Assembly: GCA_964255285.1 (NCBI GenBank) | Contig: CAXUUL010000012.1 | Location: 1-64,000, forward strand | Source of the DNA: Ionaspis alba | Lineage: Eukaryota | Length of the DNA: 64,000 bases | Reading direction: 5' to 3' | Part shown: positions 40,672-54,408 of the stretch, piece by piece | Layout of the letters: every line of letters begins with the position of its first letter | How positions within the stretch are numbered: the first letter of the stretch is position 1 | Translations under genes and position numbers: made by a program | The notes under the pieces: model-generated | What the model was told of the DNA's origin: nothing | The model's input: only the letters and a program-made list of their open reading frames with translations | The model's database searches: none

Positions 40672-42991
40672 ATGCCTCCTATCACCAGATCCAAAGCAGC
40701 GAAGGCTTCTAGCTCTATCTCCACGCCAGAGTTCTCTACCGCCAGATCTGGCAAATCAGAAAGACATCCCAACACCGAGAGCACCCAAAAGAAGTCGATT
40801 CGACAGCTCCCCGTTCCCAGATCTCAAGAAGTAACAGAGCCTTCTCAAACCCCATCTGTTCTGTCAAAGGGTTCGAGGCGAGTGCTTCCCGACAACGCGA
40901 TCGTTCATTGGCCCTGTCAAAGTTGCTCCTGTCTTCAAGGCGTTTTCACTCCACCGACTGAAGGGTGTATATTCTGCGAGCACAATATGGGTGAGCACAC
41001 AATTCCACCTTCGGATGCAGGGTGGGACCCATATTGCGACCACGTGAGTCAAAGAGAAGGACTCGTGACTGCTACGCTCCGACTTGTGCTCGAGAAAGGA
41101 ATGGTAGTCATTCGTGCCACTCCTCAAGTCGGAAAAACGACACTGCTCCTACTGCTAGGTCGTCATATTCGGGATAAGTGTCCCAACTTGGAACCAATCT
41201 GGCTCCAATGGAAAAACGCGGAACAGCGGTCAGGCCTTCCATATCACAAATACCTCGACAATGAAGCAAAGCATTGGCGCCAACTCAATGCTGAATACCG
41301 GCCCCACAACCCAAAAGCAAGGAACATATTTCTCATCGACGAAGCGCAGAATTCCTATACTGACACCGACTTTTGGTCCCGCCAACAGAAAAACAGATTC
41401 ACTAGATCACAATCATTGTTTCTGTTAGTGTGTGTTTATGGGTCGACTACGAATTATTTGGCAGAAGGGTACAAGTACCCTCAGTCTGAGGCCCTTATGG
41501 TTGAGCAGAGCCAAAGGATCGAGTTACGTCCTTCCGTAACGAGTGGATTGTGTATGCAATTCAATCCAAAAGAGACTGAAGAAGTTATCCAAAAATGGGC
41601 GTTCACGAACAAGTACAAGCTCGTGGGTAGTGTGTCCAAGTACATGCACATGGCAACCGATGGTCACCCTGGCATGATTGGATTGCTTCTCAACTCTTTT
41701 GACTCTCACTTCAATCAGGTGAATACTTGATCAATAGTCTTGAATATTGTCTTGCGCTAACCATACTTCGCAGCTGGACAGCGAAGTTCGATCCTCAAGA
41801 GCATGGACACCCGAGCTTTGCCATGCGATCATCGCCAACCAGGCCGGTTTCATGGATCTGCTTGAACGTCGTGGTAGAGGAGTCTGGACGGCGCAAGCCG
41901 AGACTTTCTGCCGGAAGGCTTTGCTGACAAGACACTATGGCGAATTCAAGTTCTCGGACATGATCAGAGTGATGCAGCATGTAGCGACGAAACCTAACGG
42001 CTACACTCATTTCCCAACAGACTTCGATGCATTTGCGTTGTGTCACAAGATGGGATTCCTTCATACAGAACCGTCGGCTGGGCCCGATAAGAACGGGATC
42101 ACTTATGTATTTGCGTCCCCGATCCATCGAAGGTATACAATAATTATCCACAAGCTGATAGTAATGCTAATCGCTATTTTAGAATTGCATACAGGCGCCT
42201 CCTACCAGGTCCCGACCCAGATGCAGGACCTGATAACCGCACGCTTTTGCAGGTATGCCTGAATGCGATCGAAGGGATTAGTCCGTCGGCCATACAAAGT
42301 CGATCCAGCGATCGCTGGAGTGTTCCGGAGGCAACATTCCAGGATGAGATATATCGTTGCCTTCATTGCGAGCTCCAGCATTTACCCATCTTATCCGAGT
42401 ACTCCCATTCCTCGGACGGGAGGGTTGACTTCTATATTTTCGACAAAAAATGGGGTGTCGAAATCCTTCAGTCCGGAAACTATGCACAGATCATGGAGCA
42501 TGCGGTTCGATTCGGACCAGGAGGCAAATACAAAAGATGGAATATCTTAGAGGATTATATCGTTCTCAACTTTTGTCCCAAGTCTAAGCTTCGAAGCTTG
42601 GAGGTTCAAGGTAATCGTCATCTAGTTCACCCAGCTTGCCTTTGGCTAACCTTAGTATGATTGGATGGTAGACAAGGAGCTTCAGGCCCATATTATACAG
42701 GTTGCGATAGATTCTCTCGAACGTACGGCTGAAATATACACCTACGATATGCAGTTGAGAGCCAGCTTCACGTTGGGTGAAGGGCGGTATGGCTCTGGTA
42801 CAGGAGTGGATAACCTCGGGATAGCGATTGGCGAATCAGATGCCTTGAAGTCCAATGAAACCGGTCCTCTGTTTCTAGCATCATATGAGAAGGATTGCGA
42901 GGAAGCTCGTGGTCTTATGGAACTGCTGGAAAGTAGAGTGCCTCGGATGTCGAAACAAGAGAGAGAAGCCGTGTTGGAACTCTTGGGTTGA
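40672..42991 (+). CDS. Cys/His-headed STAND-like P-loop NTPase plus PD-(D/E)xK restriction-endonuclease-fold protein (Crinkler/RHS effector-like); 4 exons
   Basis: Walker A ATPQVGKT, Walker B FLIDEAQ, TDGHPG motif, FASPIHRR, and nuclease EATFQDE...GRVDFYI...WGVEIL...EHAVRF. Introns 41719-41773, 42133-42182 and 42611-42671 keep the frame. Confidence 0.8.
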
Positions 42992-43382
42992 GGGTGTGGT
43001 ATGTACGCGGTTTGCAAAACGTCCGAAATACCCAAACCACAAGCTGGTCGATTATCCACTAAATGTCCGCCTAAATCCATAAGTAAGGAGCGGCTTCCTG
43101 GTTTTTTGAACCTCTTTGGGTTGAGTGTATTGTCACGTAAACGAGATGCTAGCGTAAAGGTTAGATAGAAAGCGCCAAGACTTGAGTCGAACGTGCACTC
43201 GAGTAACTATGAAGTCTGCGACTTCTCCATTTGCACTCACTTGTACCTATTCTGAGCCATGTCTTTGCGTGAGCACACCTCACTACAAATACTCAGCTTC
43301 GTTCGACATTGACTAGATGCTTAGCTAGCGATGAGATCATGGCTATTCAATACCTTCGACCACTGTCCTTGCACTTTCTGTC

Positions 43383-45021
43383 ATGGACACAGCAGCGATC
43401 GAGTGCCAGGTCTGTCTTAGATCTGGCAATAGCCAGCTCCATCTCTACTGCCCAACTTGCGCCCGAAACGCGCTGTACGAACCTCGAGTCCAGCATGCCC
43501 AGGTCTTACTCACTCGAGAGGCCCTTGGGAAAGAGGTAGAGCTGGTCTTGAACGGCGGGAAGAGAGTGGCTGGAACAAGATCTCTTCAGACTTCAGAGAC
43601 TATGAACGGCCATATTTCGAGCCGTATCACTTATGAGCGTGCTGAAGCCGAATGCGCTCACTCGACTGAACGGACCAGGACTGTTTTAAGCCACGTCGAA
43701 GCTTTGAGAACACAAACGAAGTTAATTAAGGACGATATCGCCAAACGAAAAGCCAGCTTGTCTCAGCGACAAAAAGTCCTTACTTCGATCAAGCAAGAGC
43801 TCGTACAGCAGAAAGTCAAGGTTGTCGAGCCACTTCAGAAAGGTTATGGCAATACGGAAAATCGTTGGAACGCGCTCCATAACAAGAGTGCTGAGTCTCG
43901 TATTTTCCTGTGCCGTGAAGCAGCGAGACTTTACGGACTGCAACAACGCAAACGCAAGAAAGGGGTTCCTGGTCGAGATAGCTATCTCATCGGTGGTGTA
44001 CCAATAGTCGATCTCCGAGACATCAATAGTAAGACGCCCTCGTGTCGAGCTTATCTTGCCTCTAATATCTCTTCGGCTAACATATTACCAACTAGCCGCG
44101 ACTCCTGTCCAGATTACAGTTTCAATCACCTATCTCGCCCACCTCCTCCACTTGACATCGCACTACCTCTCCCTCCGTATGCCTGCAGAGATAATACTCC
44201 CGTCAACCAACAATCCGCATGCTCAGATCTTTTCTCCGCTGTCCTCCTATAACTTCTCTACCCTACCCTCACCCAGCTCCAAGTCCTTCCTCTCGACCAG
44301 ATTCCCCACCTCATCGACACCACCAACTACCAAGACTCCTCCTCGACCTCGACCTCTACACCTCGACAAACCCCTGCAAGCGCTCGCGACCGAAGACGCT
44401 ATTGCCTACTCCCTCTTCGTGGACGGCATAACTCTGCTGGCATGGGATGTCGCCTGGGTATGCAAAACACAAGGACTAGACATAGGCGGTAAATCCTGGG
44501 AAGACGTCTGCGCCATGGGTCGGAATATCTGGCTGCTCCTAGTCGCGCCGCCACAAGCTGCCATATCCCGCGGCCTGATTCCTGACAAATCTGCTCCAGA
44601 TTCCCGAAATGGCACACCTACCAAGCCTGATACAACAACCGTGAAAGCTCTCGACCCATATCCTACCAAAAAGGTTGTGGAAGGAGCTGATGCCAAAGAG
44701 CATGTTCGACCTAGTCATTTCTCGCATGGGACGAATCACTCTTTCCTCGCCGCTGCCGAAGGGGAAGCTTTCATGCGGAGCTGGAAGTTGGCGAGTCCGG
44801 TGCGAGTTATTGAGAAGGTGAAGGCAGCATTGGCGAGCGAGCGGATGGGAGCTGAATGGGAGATGCTGGAGGACAGGGAGTGGGCCGACGAGGGAAAAGA
44901 AGACGACGGAGCTAGGACTGTGGAGGGGGACGAGAAGGTCAATCAAGGGGAGGCAAATACTGTGGGAGAGAAGGGGAGAAGTGGTTGGATGAAGGTTAAG
45001 AACCGGGGCGGGGAGAGCTGA
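43383..45021 (+). CDS. Atg14/UVRAG-family autophagy PI3K complex subunit; one intron
   Basis: N-terminal CQVC...CPTC zinc motif, long coiled coil, RIFLCREAARLYGL, LAHLLHLTSHYLSLRMPAEI and LLAWDVAWVC. Confidence 0.8.
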
Positions 45022-45716
45022 GAGTGGTCCTGGATCTGGCCGTGCTTTATCTTACAATCATATGGGACGGAATGGCTGTTGTTTGCATAGCATCGGTGCT
45101 GGGGATTGGAATACTCGTGGCACTCATCCTCTTCGGCAAGCATCCGGGCGGCATAGAACTTTGTATCAATACGACTTGATCATGAAGAAATGCTTCGATG
45201 AACCTGGTGCCTGGGACTAGATTTCTTCCTTTACGGGACTTCTTATCCATTCCTGGATCTAACAAGTTTCTCTGAGCTCGATGCACACTCAGACGTATAA
45301 CTGTGGATCGAAAGTAGAGAACTTCGAATGTCTTCAGAACCAGCAAAAGTCAAAGATCAAATGCTATTTGCATTTCAAGAAACCATAGTTTTGTTTGAAG
45401 GGCATTTCCAAACCCACTAAAAAGGAGATTAAAAGGACACTAATTTTCCGAGCGGGTTGCGCGATTCGCAGCTAAAACACACTCGATAAGTACGCGGAAT
45501 TCGGACACAACCGAGGACCGTTGATTGCGATCGCAGATCCACGACGTCATCAACGACTCTTGAAGTTTGACAGCTCGGTGTTGCAGGGAGTTTGGCCCAA
45601 GGGCGGTATATCCGCTGGTCTTTTCTATATGCTACTCTTCAACTTGCCCATTTCCCACTACTCGAGCTTTTCAGGCCTCTGGACGACACTGACAACCATC
45701 TGCGCACTGGGAAATC

Positions 45717-46856
45717 ATGGCAGAAGTCCACGCGCTCGACGACTACTACCTCGCCATCTCCCTCCTGATCACAATCGCCTATCAGCTGTTCTTCTTCTCT
45801 ATAGCCTATTCGCTCAAGTTTGACAAGCTCACTGGTAATGTGACTGCCAGAATCCATATCGCAAGGCTAATAAACGGCTCCAGACTTTGCGGGGGGTACC
45901 AACTTCGTCGTCCTAGCTATTATCACCCTTGCTTTCTCAGGCCACCATCATGCACGACAGATTATTGCCTCGATATTTATTATGCTGTGGGGAGCCCGAC
46001 TCTCTGGCTTCCTGCTGTTCCGCATCATCAAGACGGGCAAGGACGACCGCTTCAATGACAAGCGCGACAAATTCTTTCCATTTCTTGGATTCTGGGTCTT
46101 CCAGATGATCTGGGTGTGGACGGTATCATTACCTGTTACGATCTTGAATTCGCCAAATGTCACAAAATATCCACAACCAGATTTTGGTACAGGAAGGGAT
46201 ATTGCTGGTGTGATATTCTTCGCCATTGGATTCATCTTGGAAAGTGTATCCGACATCCAGAAATACATCTTTAGGAGCAAGCCGGAGAATAAGGGCAGAG
46301 TCTGCGATGTTGGGTTCTTCACTTGGTCGAGGCATCCCAACTATTTCGGGGAGATCATCATTCAGTTTGGTATTTCAACGGCTTGTCCGACCAGTCAGTC
46401 AAGCAGTACTGACTCTTATCAGGAATCTTCATGATTGCTGTATCACCAGCTGCATACGGCTATGTCACAGGTGGAGCTTATAGCGCTCTTTACGCCTCAA
46501 TACTAGGAGCTTTCTTCCTGACAACTCTTCTAATGTTCGTCTCGGGATTAACGCTACAAGAACGGCCAGGCGCCAAGAAGAGATACGAAAGTGGCAATCA
46601 CTGGGAGTCTTTCTCGAAATACTCAAAACGAACAAGCATCCTTATACCATTTCCACCACAATTGTATGAGCGTATGCCTACTATCTTGAAGAGGACAATT
46701 TTCCTGGAATTCCCTATATATGTCTTCGATCCTGCGAAGCATGCTGATCAGAGCAAAGTGAGAGAGCGGGAGGCCGAGGAAGGAAGTCGTAATAGGCAAG
46801 AGAGCGAGAGACATAGTGGGGATCAGCTTGTTAATGGGCAGACCGGGTCGAGCTGA
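45717..46856 (+). CDS. DUF1295 / steroid 5-alpha-reductase-like membrane protein; two introns
   Basis: FDKLTDFAGG, WGARLSGFLLFRI...DDRF, WSRHPNYFGE and LLMFVSGL motifs; hydrophobic helices. Confidence 0.88.
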
Positions 46857-47676
46857 GAAGGCCATTATTTTCGTTCAATGGTTGCGGGTATTCAGCGTGG
46901 CGTCAAGGAACCAGATAGAGAAAATGACTGTCTTAAAAAAACCCCTAGTAAATAACGCCGCAGAGTCTAGATAATGCATGTTGTCACCACCGTTGTGACC
47001 TCGATGCGAGAGGTAGACACTGAGGCTGTTGTACAGAATGAATGGTAGGTAATAGGAGGTTTTTAGAATTTACTAGCATAGCTGTTGTTTCGCCAGATAA
47101 AGCGCACTATTCCCAAGACCGTGAAGACCAATGCTGTGCTGTTGATTTTGCTGTTGATCTGCGAAGGCATTCAAGTGGCTGGTGATTTCCAAATGTGGCT
47201 GGCATACTGAGAAACAAGCTCAAACTCGCGATCTTAGCGTGCGGCTCGCGGCTCCAGGGATTTTGATATCACCGCGCTTCTTTTCAATATCAAACATTCA
47301 ACGGCGTATTGACAATAGCTTTGACCTTACAGCTTGCGCAGCATACGGGACAAGGTGAAGAGCAGCAAAGTTGATAGGGTTCATCCTTCTGGCTTCTCTA
47401 GGCTGTGTTGTCCCATACAGTCGATTCCTGGTGAGCCCAGGGACCTCGACCTTGCTGCTCTGTGCTTCCTCTGACTTGACGCCTTGCTAATGATAGCCTT
47501 GTAGCTAGCCAGCGGCCTCGAGAGTGGGTATGCTACGAACATTAAGTCTACCTCATTCGCTTTCGACTTGAAGAGGTTCTCGTGGCAGACCAGAGGTGGA
47601 GCAAACCTACCTAGCAAACACGTCGCCTCATTCCACGACTTGAGCTGCTTCCTCTACTTCTATCAATCCAGTCATC

Positions 47677-48641
47677 ATGGATGCCAAAGCGATCAACGAG
47701 AAGTCAAAGGCGCTGACAAAAGCAATGGCCTCTGGTGAGTCGCCTGGGATTATCCTCGGCATCCTAAACGACCTGAAGTCCGGGGTTGTCGCAAATGAAG
47801 ACATCCTCCGCTCCACTCGCATCGGCGTCACGGTCAACAAGTCTAAGCAGCACAAAAACCCTGATGTGGCTCGTCTTGCTAGCGAGATCGTCCGAAAATG
47901 GCGCGACGATATCGCCAAGCTGAAGCCGAGCACGCCGAATGGCAAAAAGTCCACTGGCACCCCACCCAACGGCACCGCCTCCCCTGCCCCAGCCAACGAG
48001 AAATCTAAAACCTCAACGAAGTCCTCTTCCTCCTCGGTACCTCCCGACCAGCGATCATGGAAGAAAGACAACGTCAAAATCAACCAAACCGGCCAAGCCA
48101 CACGCGACAATTGCATAGGCCTAATCTATGACGGGCTCGCGCACCTCTCCACCGCCACACCCTCCGCCGTTCTAGCCGTCGCCCTCGCCGTCGAAGCAGC
48201 CGCCTACAAAGAGCACGGACCCGAAGACCGCGGGCCCTACAAAACCAAAATGCGCTCCCTCTACCAAAACCTCAAAAACAAATCCAACCCCTCACTCCGC
48301 GTGCGTGTGCTAAGCGGCGAGATCGAGCCCAAACGTTTCGTGACCATGAGCCACGAAGAGCTGAAGAGTGCGGAGAGGCGGGAAGAGGACAAGAGGATTG
48401 ATCGGGAAAATATGCGGGCGGCGCAGGCGCCGCAGATCGAAAAGAGTATTAGTACGAGCTTGACTTGTGGGAAATGTGGGCAGAAAAAGGTTAGCTATTC
48501 GCAGGCGCAGACAAGGAGTGCGGATGAACCGATGACGACGTTTTGTGAGTGTACGGTTTGTGGCAAGCGGTGGAAGGTGGGTCTTGTTCTGGCCTTACTG
48601 ATGGGCTTATGGAAGCTGATGACAATGTGCAGTTTTCGTGA
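47677..48641 (+). CDS. DST1: Transcription elongation factor TFIIS
   Basis: LRSTRIGVTVNK, KMRSLYQNLK and zinc ribbon CGKC...QAQTRSADEPMTTFCECTVCGKRWK. A final intron gives FS-stop at 48641. Confidence 0.96.
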
Positions 48642-49135
48642 AAGACCTTTCTTCCATGAGATACCAAAGTGGATCAGGACGATGGGATTTGAACCATGCG
48701 AAAGTGGTTGGTGTAGGCCAGCCTTGACGGTGTGGTGATGACGATTTCTTGATGTGGCATGGCTCTTGTCGTCCACAAGTCGTCACATGCTGGATAGTCC
48801 GGAGTGTACTTGTATTCGAGCGATGATATCTCGTGTATTTAGCGGGGAAAGCACCACTGCATGACAGCATTGAATCATGAATTTCTAGTCAACCGCTGTT
48901 TCTCATCGGTGCGTGCTGTAATGTGAAACTGCTTTGCGTAATTAGGCAAGTACCCGTCGATGGTGTCTTTCATGGTAGAATCTAGAACAGGATTTACCAC
49001 AGATGTTCATCGAAGTGGAACTTCCAATCATGCTGCCCGGTCGCGACGGTGGAACTATCAAGCTCAGCATGGAATCACCTTTTGTTGAGGAAACTGCTCT
49101 GCTTGAATTGGTTGCTAGATTTGGATTTCCATTAT

Positions 49136-49875
49136 CTACTTCGAGCGATATCGATCGTTGCTCAGCGTCTGACGAGGCGGGAGCAGAGGCTTTGATGAAG
49201 GATTATCAGCCAAATCAATATCTTCATAGGGGCCAGTAGTAGGAATTGCGGATTCTGGGACAGTGAGACCGGCTAATGGCAATCTACGCTCTTGGTGAAC
49301 CAAGTATGCGCACATGCTTCGATTCCACCGAACGCCATAAAGGGAGAAATCGATTCCTTGACCATCATGACTCCCCAACAAAACGAGATGTCATAGCTAA
49401 CACATTTAACTCGTGTCACACAGAATCTCTTCCAGCCCAGCCAACACCAATCGCGAAGGCCTCCAGCTATATGGAGATTATAGTGACTAGATTTGGCCTT
49501 CCTCCACGAAGCGTACTGCGCCAAAGTCAGCGTTTTCGCGACCACAGTCAATGGCCACTTACTTTGAAGGTCCACCAAGCTCTTCTTCACCACAAGCAAT
49601 GCCTTCAACTTGGCGCGTTCTTTCCTAATCTTTTGTTCTATCTGAACTTTACGACCGTTCATGAGAGTCATGATATAGTTGAACAAGTTAGGTGGCATTT
49701 CCAATATTGAGGTAAACTCCTCAGTGTATCTCAAGTGCGATCTGTAAGTTAGATGCATCTCACGAATCACGAGTTTGAGGTTGGCCTCTTTTTCTTGAAG
49801 CAGTCGCAGGAATTGCTCAACTCCGAAGAGGGTTTTCAGTAAGGCGATGTTAGTCTTATCGTCTGGGTCGACCAT
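49136..49875 (-). CDS. Hypothetical protein (possible coiled coil); 3' end uncertain
   Basis: ATG-initiated 200-aa ORF with protein-like composition, possibly continuing into the overlapping 49136-49381 frame. No recognisable motif. Confidence 0.4.
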
Positions 49876-51065
49876 TCTCGCAGCCGGTCGGATCCCAGCA
49901 GCGGTTGATCTATATTATCTTCAGTAGCAATTTCTCTGGAGTATTAGGCGCCTGGCCGCTCACATGGTGTTCAGCAGAATTTTGATCTGCTTAATTATTA
50001 GTTAATGGAAACATCTTAGGTGCGAATGAAAAGCGTTTACAGGTTTGGAAGATGCTTCCGAGAACGGCTGGGAGCTTCGGGTTCCTGGAGTTGTGATTGG
50101 TATGTTAGCGTGATTCTTTGCATAGGTCAACGAGATACCATGAAGGTAACACGGAGATATCCGACCTACAGGATGTCCAGAATCGCTCAGACGTAATATG
50201 AGGCTGGTAGGATTGGTAGTGCTGTGGAGCGAAGATGAATTATCCCAATGGTCCTCCAACAATTTCAGCTCCTAGGGTTAATGCAGTGTGAAGGATGGCA
50301 GGTAGAGAAGATCTACTCCAGAGGACATAAACGGCTTTTGGATTGCATTAGGTATACTAGAATGAGATGGAACGTCGAAAGCATGATAGGAGCACAGTAA
50401 GGATAGATAAGGTACTGTCCGCCACACAAAGACCGCTTCATCTAGGGAAAAGCCGTGTCTTGCCTAGAAGAACTTTCCAGAAGCACCAAAGCTTGGACCT
50501 CTGAGACCCTCAAAGATGCTATGTGCTGCTACCCTTAATCGAGCGCAGTTTCCGTGAAAGTCTCCGATCGTTATCAAAGGCCCTGGATAGAAAGGGAATC
50601 GTTCCATGAGACTCATTCTCTAGCTCCTTTGCGATCCGATCCATGAAGCCGGATATGGTGTTTGGTCTCACCAAGAGACAGTGCTGCTCGCCGGTGGGGT
50701 GTCTCTTCACCAGCATGAGACCGAGCAAACATTGAGCTCGACAGCCCAACGTGAGTACGGCAACATGAGAAAATGTTGGGAGGCAGTCTTGTGATTGCAG
50801 TATCGAGGTGGGGTAGGTTGGTTATTTCACACAATGCTTGGAGCCGCTCATCAATTTGAAGTCCACTATGGAGCTAAGATGTCTGGGTTATAGGACGGAC
50901 CATCTTATTGAAAGGATTGGAGAAATGAGGGGGACGTCTCTAACACGGTGTTGCGATAGAGAAAGGAATCAGGAACATAGTAAATATAAGATCGAATTGT
51001 TAGGTCACTTGAGGCACTGATCCTGGTGTCGAAGATATTACCAAGAGTTTGGTCAGTTGTTGTCC

Positions 51066-52671
51066 CTAGACTGTGGTCATAACACTAGCATTCTTATACC
51101 AGCTCAGCATCGGGTTCTCCTTGCTCTTCGTCTGCGTATCCTCCACATAGGCCCATCTCCTCAAGAATCCTTCGTGACTTGACACTTGTGTCAACTTACC
51201 GGTCATGGCTGAATATATATCTTCCATCACAGAAAAATCCGTAGGGAAGAGGATATCAAAATATCCTTGTTGAACCTGGGAACGATTAGTAGATTACTTG
51301 AACGAGTGTTGAAAGGAAGGACTCGTTTACATAAGGCGTGCTAACAGGAACCACGCGCCGCTTGTAGCGTGTCTGTACAACAGGAGCATTATAACCTTCG
51401 ATCGTGTCTGGTAACGAATGGAAATCGCTCATCAAAATCCGGTGAAGTGGGAAGTACTCGTGAAGGACATCGAAGAACTGCATCAATCGTGTCGGTATAT
51501 ACTCTGGCAAAGTCAGATTGGTTGCGAATGGAAGGCTGGATCTCAGGCGGCGCAACACCGGCGATCCTTTCAATGGGTGATTATAGGGGTGGGAACAGGC
51601 CGCATCTCTAACACGGAGGAAACGCGAAGCGACAGGATCAATGGTGCTTGAATAGAACTCGTAAAAGTCGCCAGCATTGTCGATCAGGACGTGACCTTGC
51701 ATTGGTTCTTCTGTGAATGGATTGTACCGGATGCAGTCGTGTGCGAAATTGTCGAAGACTTCAAGGGCGAGGAAGTAGCATTGTTCGGGCACATAAGTCT
51801 TCCAGTCAAATATGGATCGATTGATAATCTCCACATGGTCGGCATGGCCTCTAGAATCGGCTGTCTTTGCCAATTGCGCGGTCTGGAGAGACGCTAATGC
51901 CGTGGATATCTCAATAACCTTGAACTTGGTGCGATCGTAAACATCTGGATAAAAATCGCGGATGTAGTCCAAGATGTTCAGCATCAATGTGCCATTTCCT
52001 GCGCCCATCTCGTAGATTATAAGGTCGTGGTAGGGATGACTCGAGAGCTTATAGTTCTCAACCAAATACCGCGCGATCGCCTCTCCATAATGGGGCCGAA
52101 ATAGCTCTGTCGGTGTATGCCATAATTGACGAGCATCATTCGGAGCTTTGCGATCCAGTTCATCCTCAAATCTTGTATACCGCTCTCCAAGGACGTTGTA
52201 GAATTCGGGTTCATCACGCATCGCATTGAAGTCGAAGGGCTCCCCAGGAGTGAAAATCACAACTTGTTGGCAGAAGTAGCCATAATTGGGATTATATAGA
52301 CTGTCTATAAGAGGGTTCCTATGAGTACTGACACTGACGAAGCTGGGGGTTGACACACCTTCAATAAAATCACGAGCAAGCATCTTGACCCTCCTAGGCC
52401 TTTCCTTCCGGGTCCTCAAGGTCTCCGCAGTGACTAATGGATATTTCTCGAACTCCTTGGACTTGTCTTGTGGGAACAAGTCCGTTCTCTGCTGCCATGA
52501 GCTCTCTCGCTTCGAGTCATCGTTGGAGCTTGACTTGAATGCAAGACTGCGGGTATGCTTCGGAGGCCATGTCGATATTGGACGACGTGGACTTGGTCGA
52601 TACCTGAACCTGGAGCAGGTGTCATGGGAGAATAGCTGGCGGAACAGTCGGGACACCACGGGGCTGTCCAT
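51066..52671 (-). CDS. Mitochondrial protein-arginine methyltransferase of the NDUFAF7/MidA (DUF185) family
   Basis: Arg/Ser-rich presequence, [29 protein letters not shown] motif [16 protein letters not shown]; last exon [12 protein letters not shown]. Confidence 0.9.
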
Positions 52672-52802
52672 GGTAAAGGACTGAAGGTCCTCGTGGGGTT
52701 TGGAGCTTCGGCAGCTTCGAGTTGGTCCAAGCTCGTCGGTAGTTCTAACAACTAACGGCTTTCCTTCGGTTCACAACCGCACCTGTAAGACTACAAACTG
52801 GT

Positions 52803-54351
52803 ATGATGAGCAATCATCCGCGAGTCTATACCACTGTAGCCTTCGTAGCTGGTATACTGCTTACTCTAGGTTTCAAAGATTTCTACCCAGATCTTGAGCG
52901 CCGCTTCCGGCGGAGACGGAAAGCCCTCGGAAGAAACGCTGCTCTCCCGGCGTTACATACGGAAGAAAAGGTTGAATTGACTGATCAGACCGACTCGAAT
53001 GTTCATAAAGGGGCTCCTAGTCTCGAGAGCCGGAACGTTAAAAGCGATTCTTCCACTATACCGGAAGGAATTGAGAGCTGTATAGGGAATACACCGCTTT
53101 TCAAAATCAAATCCCTATCTGACGAGACTGGCTGTGAAATTCTAGCGAAAGCTGAGGTATGTTGGCAGGGGACTCAGGAAATGTGCACGAACGTTCGAAC
53201 ATCTAACATACAGCTGTCTAGTTTCTCAACGGAGGTGGGGGAAGCCCTAAGGACCGGGTAGCTCTAAGCATTATTGATATGGTGAAGATAGATCTCCTAT
53301 TTACTGATTGTCGTGCTTGATCTAAGAGGTTCATAGGCTGAAGCACAAGGTCTCTTGACGCCTTATTCAGGTGATGTCATATATGAAGGCACTGTAGGCT
53401 CTACTGGGATATCACTTGCAACATTATGTAGAGCCAAAGGGTATCTAGCACACATGTACGAACATTGCCCAATCGAGATCGTTGATCGGATCTGGATGCT
53501 GAGATCAACTAGATGCATGCCTTCTGACCAAGCGACCGAAAAGTCCGACCTCTTACTTAAGCTTGGTGCAATTGTCGAGCGTGTCCCGCCTGCTCCTATA
53601 ATCGATCCCATGCACTTCGTCAATCGTGCACGTACACTTGCTACCGAGCACACCGCAGATCCCAGGAAACAAGGGAGAGGCTTCTTTGCAGATCAATTTG
53701 AGACAGAAGCGAACTGGAAAGCTCACTATGATAGTACTGGACCAGAAATTGAGCGCCAATGCGGAGGAAACCTAGACGCATTTGTTGCGGGAGCCGGTAC
53801 AGGAGGCACTATAGCTGGCGTTGGCCGGTATCTAAGAGGTAAATTGCCAAACGTGAAAATAGTGTTGGCAGACCCGCAGGGTAGCGGACTGTACAATCGA
53901 ATCAAGTTCGGTATCATGTTCGATCCGAAAGAGAGGGAAGGCACACGGCGAAGACAGCAAGTTGATACTATTGTGGAAGGAATTGGAATCAACCGGGTGA
54001 CAGCAAATTTTGAGATCGGAAGAGAGCTCATCAGCGATGCTGTCAAGGTTACAGATGAGCAAGCATTGAGTATGGCCCGATGGCTGGTTGAGAAGGACGG
54101 AATTTTCGTGGGAAGCAGCAGTGCTGTGAATTGTAAGCAGGTGCGATTGCATCAAGACGTAGTTGTCAAGTTGACATAATTCAGGTGTTGCAGCTGTGAC
54201 GCTTGCAAAAAGACTCGGCCCAGGCCATCGCGTAGTCACAATACTTTGTGACTCGGGAACGCGCCATCTTTCCAAATTCTGGGCAAATGCTGGTGATATT
54301 GGTGGAGAGACGGAAAGTAGACTTCCGGATATATTAGGGCCCGTGGAATGA
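52803..54351 (+). CDS. Cysteine synthase-like PLP enzyme with N-terminal membrane anchor; multi-exon
   Basis: IGNTPL, KAEFLNGGGGSPKDRVA, EGTVGSTG, GAGTGGT, EGIG, GSSSAVN and TILCDSG motifs; hydrophobic VAFVAGILLTLGF. Confidence 0.92.
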
Positions 54352-54408
54352 AAATGTCCCCTTCAACAAAAGAATCCACATTATAGAATTTAGCGCCCAA
54401 GAGATTTT

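Noticed and set aside
48577..48738. C-terminal extension of TFIIS in the ORF track
   Set aside because: It is intron read-through; splicing gives the normal WKFS-stop ending.
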